64,000 nucleotides of DNA from an uncultured bacterium (GTDB lineage Bacteria; Oederibacteriota; Oederibacteriia; Oederibacteriales; Oederibacteriaceae), in assembly GCA_965112635.1 (NCBI GenBank), contig OZ218778.1, positions 1,088,001-1,152,000 of the forward strand, written 5' to 3'. Positions within the stretch are counted from its first letter, which is position 1; every line of letters starts with the position of its first letter. The notes under the pieces are model-generated. The model did no database searches, was not told where the DNA came from, and was given only the letters and a program-made list of their open reading frames with translations. The translations under genes and the position numbers were made by a program. Below, piece after piece: positions 1 through 8,756 of the stretch.

Positions 1-1524
<1,524 letters not shown>

Positions 1525-1576
1525 ACGGTGCCTGGTCTTGAATCTTTGTATAAATAAATGGAATCCGGGGTCACCT

Positions 1577-1584
1577 ATGAAAAA
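1577..1584. repeat. Sub-terminal inverted repeat of the IS (partner at 2912-2919)
   Basis: ATGAAAAA (1577-1584) is the reverse complement of TTTTTCAT (2912-2919). They lie 3 and 4 nt inside the TCA cores. Confidence 0.7.
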
Positions 1585-1587
1585 AGA

Positions 1588-1593
1588 AGTCAA
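1588..1593 (-). promoter_or_regulatory. -35 half of a circle-junction promoter (TTGACT); -10 half TGTGAT at 2918-2923
   Basis: On the minus strand, joining the ends at the TCA core gives TTGACT-N17-TGTGAT pointing into the transposase. Confidence 0.6.
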
Positions 1594-1619
1594 GCCAAAA
1601 GCACACCCCAAATCCGTTC

Positions 1620-1785
1620 AGAACCTACAAAGGGTCTCTAGTTCCATTTAAGGACTAGGAAGCCAGTCACCTATAGATGCTCAAAGGCATATGATGAAGT
1701 AGGAACCGGTGGCACAATCACATCTTTCGGATTTAGCTGAAATAATCCTCAGCTATTCCATGACCCCGGGGTGCTCGCCGGCCTT
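1620..1785 (-). ncRNA. Bridge RNA/seekRNA-like guide RNA of the IS110 element (3' non-coding end, overlapping the last codons of the recombinase)
   Basis: Two stem-internal-loop-hairpin domains. Loop 1 carries CCGGGGUCA (1761-1769) and AAGAUGUGA (1718-1726), matching both target flanks. Loop 2 carries UUCAUCA (1692-1698) and AUAGGUGA (1667-1674), matching both element ends. Boundaries are approximate. Confidence 0.75.
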
Positions 1786-2799
1786 TTCCTGCCCTAAAGC
1801 AACAAGCCTAAAAGTTTCCTTGCGTTTGAGCATATACCAAATGACTTCTAGGAGTTTTCGAGCCACAGCAACTCTTCCTGTATTGGCGCCATGTTTACTT
1901 TTAACCCGTTCAAACAAATCCTTGAACCGCCGGTCTTTCTTGATTATATGATGACTGTTTTCCACTAGGATCCATCTGAGCCATTTAGAACCTTGCTTTG
2001 TTAACCCCCCGTGTCTTTCTTTATCTGCGGATTGATAGGTTGATGGTGCCAGTCCAGCGTACGAGCATAACTTTTTTGGATTTGGAAACCTGTCTATCTC
2101 TCCAATCTCGCTCAAAATCAGCAGGGCAGAATAGATTCCAATTCCAGGAATGCTCTGCAACATTTGGCCTTCTTCGCTTAGCTGAATCTGTTTATTTAGT
2201 TTTTTTTTGTTCTCCAACAGTTCCTTGTTTACCGCGTCAATCAACCTCAAAAATCCATTTACTTCTTCACGATAGCTCTCTCTTAATTCAAGACCGGCTA
2301 GCCACTTACGGCCTTTCTTGCCGAAAACATCGCTCATTTCATCTTCGTGGCCATCCTTCATTAAAACCGCGTGAATCTTGCACTTTAACATTGTCCTTTG
2401 TGAGACCAGGGAGGCGCGATATCGGAGCACCTCCCTCAGGTCCCTAATTTCTCTTTTGGGAATGTAAGCGCTAGGCACCAGGTCGGCTCTGGATAAGTGG
2501 GCCAGGGTCGTACTGTCTATGGTATCCGTTTTTATTCGTGCTGAGGCGATGGCTTTCACTTTCAAGGGATGCGCTAAGGTAACTAGGGGCAGATGCTTCT
2601 CTATCGTCTCGTAAAAGAACATCCAGTTTCCGGTTGCCTCTACAACAACCTTGGTATCCCTAGGATATTTCCCGAAAAAACTCTCCATCTCCTCCCGGTT
2701 GTTATTTACTCTCCTTTTCTCTAATACCTTTCCTTTATCATCCATCGCTACGACTTGACTGAACTTCTTGTGAAGATCTACCCCCAGATGTATACTCAT
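1753..2799 (-). CDS. IS110 family transposase/recombinase
   Basis: RuvC-like DEDD residues (GVDLHK, VVVEATG, KTDTIDS), IPGIG HhH-like motif, YAGLAPSTYQSA with the catalytic Ser, and VAVARKL. RBS AGGAGG upstream. Confidence 0.95.
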   Translation of the reverse strand: MSIHLGVDLHKKFSQVVAMDDKGKVLEKRRVNNNREEMESFFGKYPRDTKVVVEATGNWMFFYETIEKHLPLVTLAHPLKVKAIASARIKTDTIDSTTLAHLSRADLVPSAYIPKREIRDLREVLRYRASLVSQRTMLKCKIHAVLMKDGHEDEMSDVFGKKGRKWLAGLELRESYREEVNGFLRLIDAVNKELLENKKKLNKQIQLSEEGQMLQSIPGIGIYSALLILSEIGEIDRFPNPKKLCSYAGLAPSTYQSADKERHGGLTKQGSKWLRWILVENSHHIIKKDRRFKDLFERVKSKHGANTGRVAVARKLLEVIWYMLKRKETFRLVALGQEKAGEHPGVME

Positions 2800-2804
2800 T
2801 TTTG

Positions 2805-2905
2805 CCGCACCTCCTTAAAAGATTTGTTCCAGCCTTACGGCTGAGAACCCAGGTTCCCCAAGAACTTTGGTCCTTGAGACCCAGTATATCTTTTAGGATG
2901 TGCGG
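2805..2905 (-). promoter_or_regulatory. Structured 5' leader of the transposase; long stem occluding the RBS
   Basis: CCGCACCTCCTTAAAAGAT (2805-2823) is a near-perfect inverted repeat of ATCTTTTAGGATGTGCGG (2888-2905). The AGGAGG RBS lies within the stem. Internal CAGCC-GUAA-GGCUG tetraloop hairpin. Confidence 0.6.
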
Positions 2906-3053
2906 TTTTCCTTTTTCATCACATCACATCTTGGCAATTGACACGTGATAATTTTCCGCCTCCCTCAGGCTTCCTTTTTCGCCGTTTCTTTCCAAAGAAA
3001 ACTGACTTTGCTACAATCATCCCATGAAATGTTTCTAGGCTTTAAAATACCTT

Positions 3054-3875
3054 ATGAAATTTATGAGAAAGGTCCAGCCTTTGACACCAGAGCTTATTGA
3101 TACCCACGCTCATCTGCACGGCCAGACCTATGCCAATGAGATCGAACAGGTGGTCGAGCGGGCTAAACAGACCGGCGTCCTCACTATGGTCACCATCGGC
3201 ACCAGCGTCCCGGACAGCAGGGAAGCGGTGCAGTTGGCGGACAAGTTCCCCGGGGTATATGCCAGCCTGGGAGTGCATCCAGACCATTATAGTCTGTGGG
3301 ATAAATCCAGTTTTAATTCCCTCAAGGAAATTGCACTTCAAAATCCCAAAGTCGTGGCTATTGGCGAGACCGGACTAGATTTTTTCCACCACAAGGATGA
3401 AGAGGCCCGGAAACAGCAGGCAGAGGTTTTTCGCCAACATATCCAGCTGGCCCGGAAACTGCACCTGCCTCTCATCATCCATTCCCGAGAGGCCCATCCC
3501 CAGACACTGCAGGTCCTTCGGGAGGAAAAGGCCGGGGAGCTTGGTGGAATAATTCATTGTTTTACCTCGGACTGGGAGGCTGCCAAGGATTATCTGGACC
3601 TGGGGTTTATGGTCGCTCTGGGCGGTATAATCACCTTTGGAAAAAAAGCAGCCCAGCTGGAAGATACGGCCAAAAAACTGCCCGAGGACCGCATTATTTT
3701 GGAAACGGACTGCCCATACCTGGCACCCGCGCCTTTCCGGGGTAAGCGCAATGAGCCGGCCTATGTGCGCCAGATCGCGGAAAAGCTGGCCGGACTCAGG
3801 ATGACCAGCCTGGAAAAGATCGCGGAATCCACGACAGCCAACGCAAAAAAGGTTTTCTCCTTTAATCGCGGGTAG
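3054..3875 (+). CDS. tatD: TatD family hydrolase/DNase
   Basis: DTHAH, GVHP, IGETGLD, IIHSREA, IIHCF, LETDCPYLAP...RGKRNEP motifs. The start may be slightly downstream (e.g. TTG 3081). Confidence 0.93.
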   Translation: MKFMRKVQPLTPELIDTHAHLHGQTYANEIEQVVERAKQTGVLTMVTIGTSVPDSREAVQLADKFPGVYASLGVHPDHYSLWDKSSFNSLKEIALQNPKVVAIGETGLDFFHHKDEEARKQQAEVFRQHIQLARKLHLPLIIHSREAHPQTLQVLREEKAGELGGIIHCFTSDWEAAKDYLDLGFMVALGGIITFGKKAAQLEDTAKKLPEDRIILETDCPYLAPAPFRGKRNEPAYVRQIAEKLAGLRMTSLEKIAESTTANAKKVFSFNRG

Positions 3876-3930
3876 GGTAGGATTGAAGGACAGTCGTTAA
3901 AGACATTGAACCGAACAGGGAAAGGTGTTT

Positions 3931-6147
3931 ATGGGGAAATTTTGCTGGAAAATCCTTTTGGGGCTATGGCTGGCGGTCCTGTCCGGTAATGCTTTTGGGG
4001 GCAGCACCGGTATCACTGAATTTGTAGACCTGGGCCCTGTTTACAACTGCAGTGTTTTCGCCGACCCGCAGGCCTATCGCCAGGCCACAGGCGACGGCCT
4101 GGTCATGGGGTCCCTGGGGAACATCTATTTTCCCGACAACGGTTTCAACAACCAGGGCTGCTTCATCCCCCTGACCCTCACGGCCATCACCATACCGCTC
4201 ACTTTTTACGCGACCAGCCAGGAAATCAATTCCAAGGTTTCCAGCAACCCGCCGGCTTTGTTCCGGGACAGCCAGGGTTATCCCAACGTGGTCATGGTCC
4301 ATTTCCCAGCCCTTTATATGACACAGATGGTCGCGGTCCAGACCCCCACTCCCGTGCCCATGCCGACCCCGCCGCCGACCAGGACGCCCGTGGGAAATAT
4401 ACGCCTGCCCGGTTATTTGATGGAGTCAGATGAGACGCCTCCCAGTCCCGGCAACCTGACCCTTACGGCTCTCCAACCCAATATCTTACCCAACGCAGCC
4501 GGATTGACCCTGACCGCAGGAGGGCTCACTTTGACCGCCTCCACCCTAGCCGGGGGAGTTACGATAACCGCCGTTTCCACCGGGTCCAAATACAACGCGG
4601 TCAGGCTGACGGACAAGGATTTTAAGCTCAATTTTGAAACACCCGTGGATACCATCATCCTGTTGCTGGCCGCGGAGGGCCAACCCGGCCAGAAGCAGGG
4701 GACCAACCTCCCTCTCAAGATCACCTGTATCTATGACGACGATATAGACCAGACCGGGATCGGCCAGGTGCCTCTGGCCCTGGGGCCCGCGGCCGCCACC
4801 AGCCTCACCCTCACTTCTTCCATTTTCAGCGAAGGGCACGAATGCCTGGCGAGCTTCCCGGTCGTCCGGGACAGCGGGGATATTGTCCCAAGCACCATAT
4901 CCTGGTACGCCTATGCCATCCATCCGGACCGGCTTAAAAACCTTAAGCAATTGGTGCTCAACTGTCCGGGATCGGGAGGGACCGCGGGAAGCGTGCTATT
5001 GGGGGCTGTTTCCTATAAAAGGACGCCCAATCCGGAGCTGGTGCTCAATGCGCCGGCCTCGATCGAGTCGTATACCCCGTTTTTAGTGACGGTCACGGCC
5101 ATGGACGGCTATGGATTCGTGGACACCGGTTACCGGGGGATCGTGCATTTTGCGACCACGGACCCCTTCTTTATCACGGTGACCGCGGACACGGCCACAC
5201 CCATGCCCACCCCCTCCGAGGAGTTCATGGCGGCCGGGGTCACGCCAGCGGCCCTGCCGGCTGACTATACTTTCAAGCCGGAACAAAAAGGGCAGGCCGT
5301 CATACCGGTAAGCCTGGCCAGCACGGGTTCCTTCACCCTTTCCGCCCAGGACACCAAGAACGCCAAGCAGACGGCTACCGTCCCGGTCGCAACCGCCAAA
5401 AACAAACTGCTGGCGATTCTCGCGGACCGGAGGCTCTCCAGCATCAACCTGTGCCTTTTGCCCACGGCCTATCTGGGCCAGTACAAACATGATTCAGGGT
5501 GGGGGTTCACCAATTCTTACGCCTTTTCCTGGTATATCGGGAATATTTATTACGTGGAGGGCGGACAGACCAATTACACCCAGCCGCTGGGCACCTATCT
5601 TCTGACCGGGGACCTCAAAGCCGGAATGCTAGGGGAAACAGACTGGTCTCCGGCCCTGGCCGGCGGCGTCAGCGGAGGTTTCCTGTTCGTCTCGGGATCC
5701 AATCCAGGCCAGGCCCAATCCCTGAGCCAGTTCAGCACAAATAGTCTCCTCAACTTTTTTACCGTGGGGAGCAAAAAAGTCTGGAACGGGGCCGTTCACG
5801 CCGGGTTTGTCTGGGGCAATTTCCCTGGCTTCATGGCCACCCTGAGCCCCTATGTCCTGTCCACCCCGGACCAGCTGACCGCAGACACCCAGACCGGGCT
5901 CACCGGGAGCGCCAACCTGGACCAGGCGCCCAAACACGCGGTCTACGTGGGATTCAACTATCCCCTGTTCGGGGAACTGAGCTTGAAAACCGAGGTTGTG
6001 TATCCCTACGAGCTGGGGAACGTTTACCTCATCAACACGCAGATCTCCCATTTCACCAGTTTTGACCTGTCCTATTTGAGGCACAAGAACGGCTTTCAGC
6101 TGATGGGCTACGTGAACATCAGGGTACAGTTCTATCCCTCAGATTGA
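3931..6147 (+). CDS. Secreted/surface protein: signal peptide, Pro/Thr-rich linkers, Ig-like module, C-terminal YjbH-like beta-rich domain
   Basis: Signal-peptide-like N-terminus ending in AFG. TPTPVPMPTPPPTRTP and TATPMPTPS linkers. Ig-like segment TVTAMDGYG...GYRGIVHF...LPADYTF. DLKAGMLGETDWSPALAGG resembles YjbH barrels (by eye). Confidence 0.55.
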   Translation: MGKFCWKILLGLWLAVLSGNAFGGSTGITEFVDLGPVYNCSVFADPQAYRQATGDGLVMGSLGNIYFPDNGFNNQGCFIPLTLTAITIPLTFYATSQEINSKVSSNPPALFRDSQGYPNVVMVHFPALYMTQMVAVQTPTPVPMPTPPPTRTPVGNIRLPGYLMESDETPPSPGNLTLTALQPNILPNAAGLTLTAGGLTLTASTLAGGVTITAVSTGSKYNAVRLTDKDFKLNFETPVDTIILLLAAEGQPGQKQGTNLPLKITCIYDDDIDQTGIGQVPLALGPAAATSLTLTSSIFSEGHECLASFPVVRDSGDIVPSTISWYAYAIHPDRLKNLKQLVLNCPGSGGTAGSVLLGAVSYKRTPNPELVLNAPASIESYTPFLVTVTAMDGYGFVDTGYRGIVHFATTDPFFITVTADTATPMPTPSEEFMAAGVTPAALPADYTFKPEQKGQAVIPVSLASTGSFTLSAQDTKNAKQTATVPVATAKNKLLAILADRRLSSINLCLLPTAYLGQYKHDSGWGFTNSYAFSWYIGNIYYVEGGQTNYTQPLGTYLLTGDLKAGMLGETDWSPALAGGVSGGFLFVSGSNPGQAQSLSQFSTNSLLNFFTVGSKKVWNGAVHAGFVWGNFPGFMATLSPYVLSTPDQLTADTQTGLTGSANLDQAPKHAVYVGFNYPLFGELSLKTEVVYPYELGNVYLINTQISHFTSFDLSYLRHKNGFQLMGYVNIRVQFYPSD

Positions 6148-6777
6148 TCGTTTTCCCTTGTTGACCTGCCTTAGTTTCCGGGCGGGATTGCCGACCATGA
6201 CGCTGTGGGGAGGCACATCTTTGGTGACCACGCATCCCATGCCCAGAACGCTGTGCCGGCCGATGGTCAGTTTTTCCCTGCAGGAACAAGCCTGTCCCAG
6301 ATAGCATTCAGATTCCACCTTGGTGTAACCAGCCAGGGACACCCGGCTGGCCAGCATCACCCCGTCTTTGATGACGACATCGTGATTGATGACGGTGTGG
6401 CTGAGACAGAAAACGAAATTCCCCAGTTGGGCCCTGTCGCCGATGAAACAATGAGGATAGATGACGCAACCGAGGCCTATCTTGGCCGAGGGAAAGACAC
6501 AGGATGAAGGGTCTACCAGGGAAACAAGACGGTCCGAAGGCAAAGCGTAACGGTCAGGCCATTTTTGGTCCGGGACAATATACGCCTTGGGGAACTTGGC
6601 CAGCCTGTCCACGGTACCAAGGACTGGGTATCCCCCCCTGTCCTGGCCAATGAACCGCTTTTCCGTGGTCAGAAAACCCAGAAGGTTCCACGTTTTTTTG
6701 CTTTTGTTGACCCGCTCCGTGATATAGGCCAATTCTTCGCCGTGGCGTCCCCCGCTTAAAATGATAAGGTCCTTCAT
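6139..6777 (-). CDS. NeuD/PglD-like hexapeptide sugar N/O-acetyltransferase
   Basis: N-terminal Rossmann-like GGRHG, left-handed beta-helix repeats, INHD, and VMVGNPARK C-terminus. Confidence 0.85.
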   Translation of the reverse strand: MKDLIILSGGRHGEELAYITERVNKSKKTWNLLGFLTTEKRFIGQDRGGYPVLGTVDRLAKFPKAYIVPDQKWPDRYALPSDRLVSLVDPSSCVFPSAKIGLGCVIYPHCFIGDRAQLGNFVFCLSHTVINHDVVIKDGVMLASRVSLAGYTKVESECYLGQACSCREKLTIGRHSVLGMGCVVTKDVPPHSVMVGNPARKLRQVNKGKRSI

Positions 6778-7892
6778 ACAGTTCTTTTTAGGGTTTTGAC
6801 CACCGCGGCCGCTACTTCCCTGACCTGAGCCTCGGTCAATTCGGCGAACATGGGCAGGGAGAGGACCTGCCGGCTGTATTTTTCGGCGACCGGGAAAGAA
6901 CCGGCCTTGTAGTTGAGGTCCTGATAGGCCTTTTGCAAGTGGACCGGGATGGGGTAGTGGATGCCGGTCTGGATGCCCGCCGCTTTAAGTTCCTCGGCCA
7001 ACTGGTCCCTTTTTTCCACGAGGAGGGAGAACTGGTGGTAGACATGGCGGTATTCCTGGGGTTCGCGGGGCAGGGTCAACGAGGCGCCCTTTAAAAGTTC
7101 GCGGTAGAGTTTGGCATGGGCGCGCCGGGTCTGGGTCCAGGATTCCAGGTGCTTGAGCTTGACCTTGAGCACGGCGCCCTGAAAGCCTTCCATCCGGTAG
7201 TTGAAGGCTTTGAAGTCGTGGTGGTACTTGACCTCCGTGCCCCAGTCGCGCAGCAGTTTGACTTTGCGGGCGTAGTCGGGGTTGCTCGTCGTGACAGCCC
7301 CACCTTCGCCGTAGGCGCCCAGGTTTTTCCCGGGGTAGAAACTGAAACAGCCTAGTGCACCCAGGCTGCCCGCCCGGCGGCCTTTGTATTCCGCGCCGTG
7401 AGCCTGGGCCGCATCCTCGATCACGAGAAGACCGTGCTCCTTGGCCAAAGCCAAAAGGGGATCCATGTCAGCGCAGAGCCCGTAGAGATGCACCGGCATG
7501 ATGACTTTGGTCCTGGGGGTGATGGCGGCCTTGACCTTGCGCACATCCATGTTGAAGGTCTCGGGGTCGATATCGACCAGGACGGGTTTGGCGCCTGTAT
7601 AAACAATGGCCGCCACGGTGGCGATAAAGGTGAACGGCACGGTGATCACTTCGTCGCCCGGGCCCACCCCGGCGGCCAAGAGGGCCAGATGCAGGGCGCT
7701 GGTCCCGGAATTGACGCCCACCGCGAAAGAGGTCTGGCAGTAGGAGGCAAAGTCCTTCTCAAAATCGGCTACTTCCTTGCCCAGAATGAACTGGCTTGTT
7801 TCCAGGACGTTCTGCAACGCGGCGTCTATCTCCGGTTTGATGCTGTGGTACTGAGCTTTTAGATCACCTAAAGGGACCATTTTTTCTCCCAT
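6774..7892 (-). CDS. DegT/DnrJ/EryC1/StrS family PLP sugar aminotransferase
   Basis: NSGTSALH, PVHLYG, EDAAQAHG, SFYPGKNLGAYGEGG (PLP Lys). Confidence 0.93.
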   Translation of the reverse strand: MGEKMVPLGDLKAQYHSIKPEIDAALQNVLETSQFILGKEVADFEKDFASYCQTSFAVGVNSGTSALHLALLAAGVGPGDEVITVPFTFIATVAAIVYTGAKPVLVDIDPETFNMDVRKVKAAITPRTKVIMPVHLYGLCADMDPLLALAKEHGLLVIEDAAQAHGAEYKGRRAGSLGALGCFSFYPGKNLGAYGEGGAVTTSNPDYARKVKLLRDWGTEVKYHHDFKAFNYRMEGFQGAVLKVKLKHLESWTQTRRAHAKLYRELLKGASLTLPREPQEYRHVYHQFSLLVEKRDQLAEELKAAGIQTGIHYPIPVHLQKAYQDLNYKAGSFPVAEKYSRQVLSLPMFAELTEAQVREVAAAVVKTLKRTV

Positions 7893-8015
7893 CCAGGACG
7901 GTTTTTGAGGCTACGGTGTGATGCAAACTGAAGTTTTATCAATGATATTGATGTATTTTAACAGAAGGAGAGTGAATGATAAATATTTATTAGGTGTTTC
8001 CTGCGGCCTAACCGT

Positions 8016-8753
8016 TCATTTTTTAACTGCCACGCCGATCAAAGAGATCCCAAAAGGCAGGTCGAATCTCTTTAAAAAAGGAAGTTCCCAAAGCATGACC
8101 TTGTAAAACAGCCGATTGAGGATTGGGGGGATGGGTTTGAGGATATCAGAGACGGGCGGCTTGCCGAAGTTCAGGTAGTTGTCTTTCAGGCGGACTGCCA
8201 CGATGGGAAAAAACAGAAAAAAGTTATAGAAAGAAAGTTTTTTTATGACGAAGCCGTTCTTCAAGAGCTTGCTCAGCAGGTCTTTTTTGGTGTAGCGGCG
8301 GTAGTGGCGGCCCAGCTCGTCAAAGTCCGACCAAAGGGAAGGGAAGGCAGGGACCGTTAGGAACAAAAGGCCGTCCTTTTTTAGGACACGGTGAAATTCC
8401 CGGAGCCCTTTATCTTCCGCGGGCAGGTGTTCCAGGAGGTCCAGTGCCACGACGACGTCGAAACTCTCCTTTTTGAAAGGGAGTTTTTCAGCCGCTCCCT
8501 TCACGACCGGGCGCAACCCCCTTTTACGGCAAAAGTTGAGGGCATCCTCTGAGCTATCCACGCCTGTCACGGGGCCCAACGACCGCAACAGTTCCAGGTT
8601 GGCCCCTGTGCCGCAACCCACATCCAGGATCTTCGGCGCGTGCCGGCCAGACAACCATTGGCCCATTAGGCCGAGAAGGATAGCTCGCCTGGCCAGGAAC
8701 CAGAAATGAACCTTGTCGAATTCGTAATTTTGTCTATAGGCGTCCTTTTCCAA
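8016..8753 (-). CDS. Class I SAM-dependent methyltransferase
   Basis: LDVGCGTG, LDLLEHL, TVPA...HYRRY. Confidence 0.88.
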   Translation of the reverse strand: MEKDAYRQNYEFDKVHFWFLARRAILLGLMGQWLSGRHAPKILDVGCGTGANLELLRSLGPVTGVDSSEDALNFCRKRGLRPVVKGAAEKLPFKKESFDVVVALDLLEHLPAEDKGLREFHRVLKKDGLLFLTVPAFPSLWSDFDELGRHYRRYTKKDLLSKLLKNGFVIKKLSFYNFFLFFPIVAVRLKDNYLNFGKPPVSDILKPIPPILNRLFYKVMLWELPFLKRFDLPFGISLIGVAVKK

Positions 8754-8756
8754 AGG

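Larger units (their letters stand above)
1571..2926 (-). mobile_element. IS110-family (IS1111-like) insertion sequence, ~1.35 kb
   Basis: Single DEDD recombinase gene. TCA core at both ends (1571-1573, 2924-2926). 8-bp sub-terminal inverted repeats ATGAAAAA 1577-1584 / TTTTTCAT 2912-2919. Removing the element restores CCGGGG-TCA-CATCTT. The right boundary could alternatively be the TCA at 2919-2921. Confidence 0.85.

Noticed and set aside
1717-2932. 10-bp direct repeat ATCACATCTT (1717-1726 and 2923-2932) read as a target-site duplication
   Set aside because: IS110 elements do not make such TSDs. The inner copy lies in the RNA loop and is better explained as the target guide, and the IRs and core place the end at 1571-1573.
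3054-3875. TatD as part of an anti-phage system with the upstream helicase
   Set aside because: It has canonical housekeeping TatD motifs, is separated from the helicase by the IS, and has no Qat-like partners.
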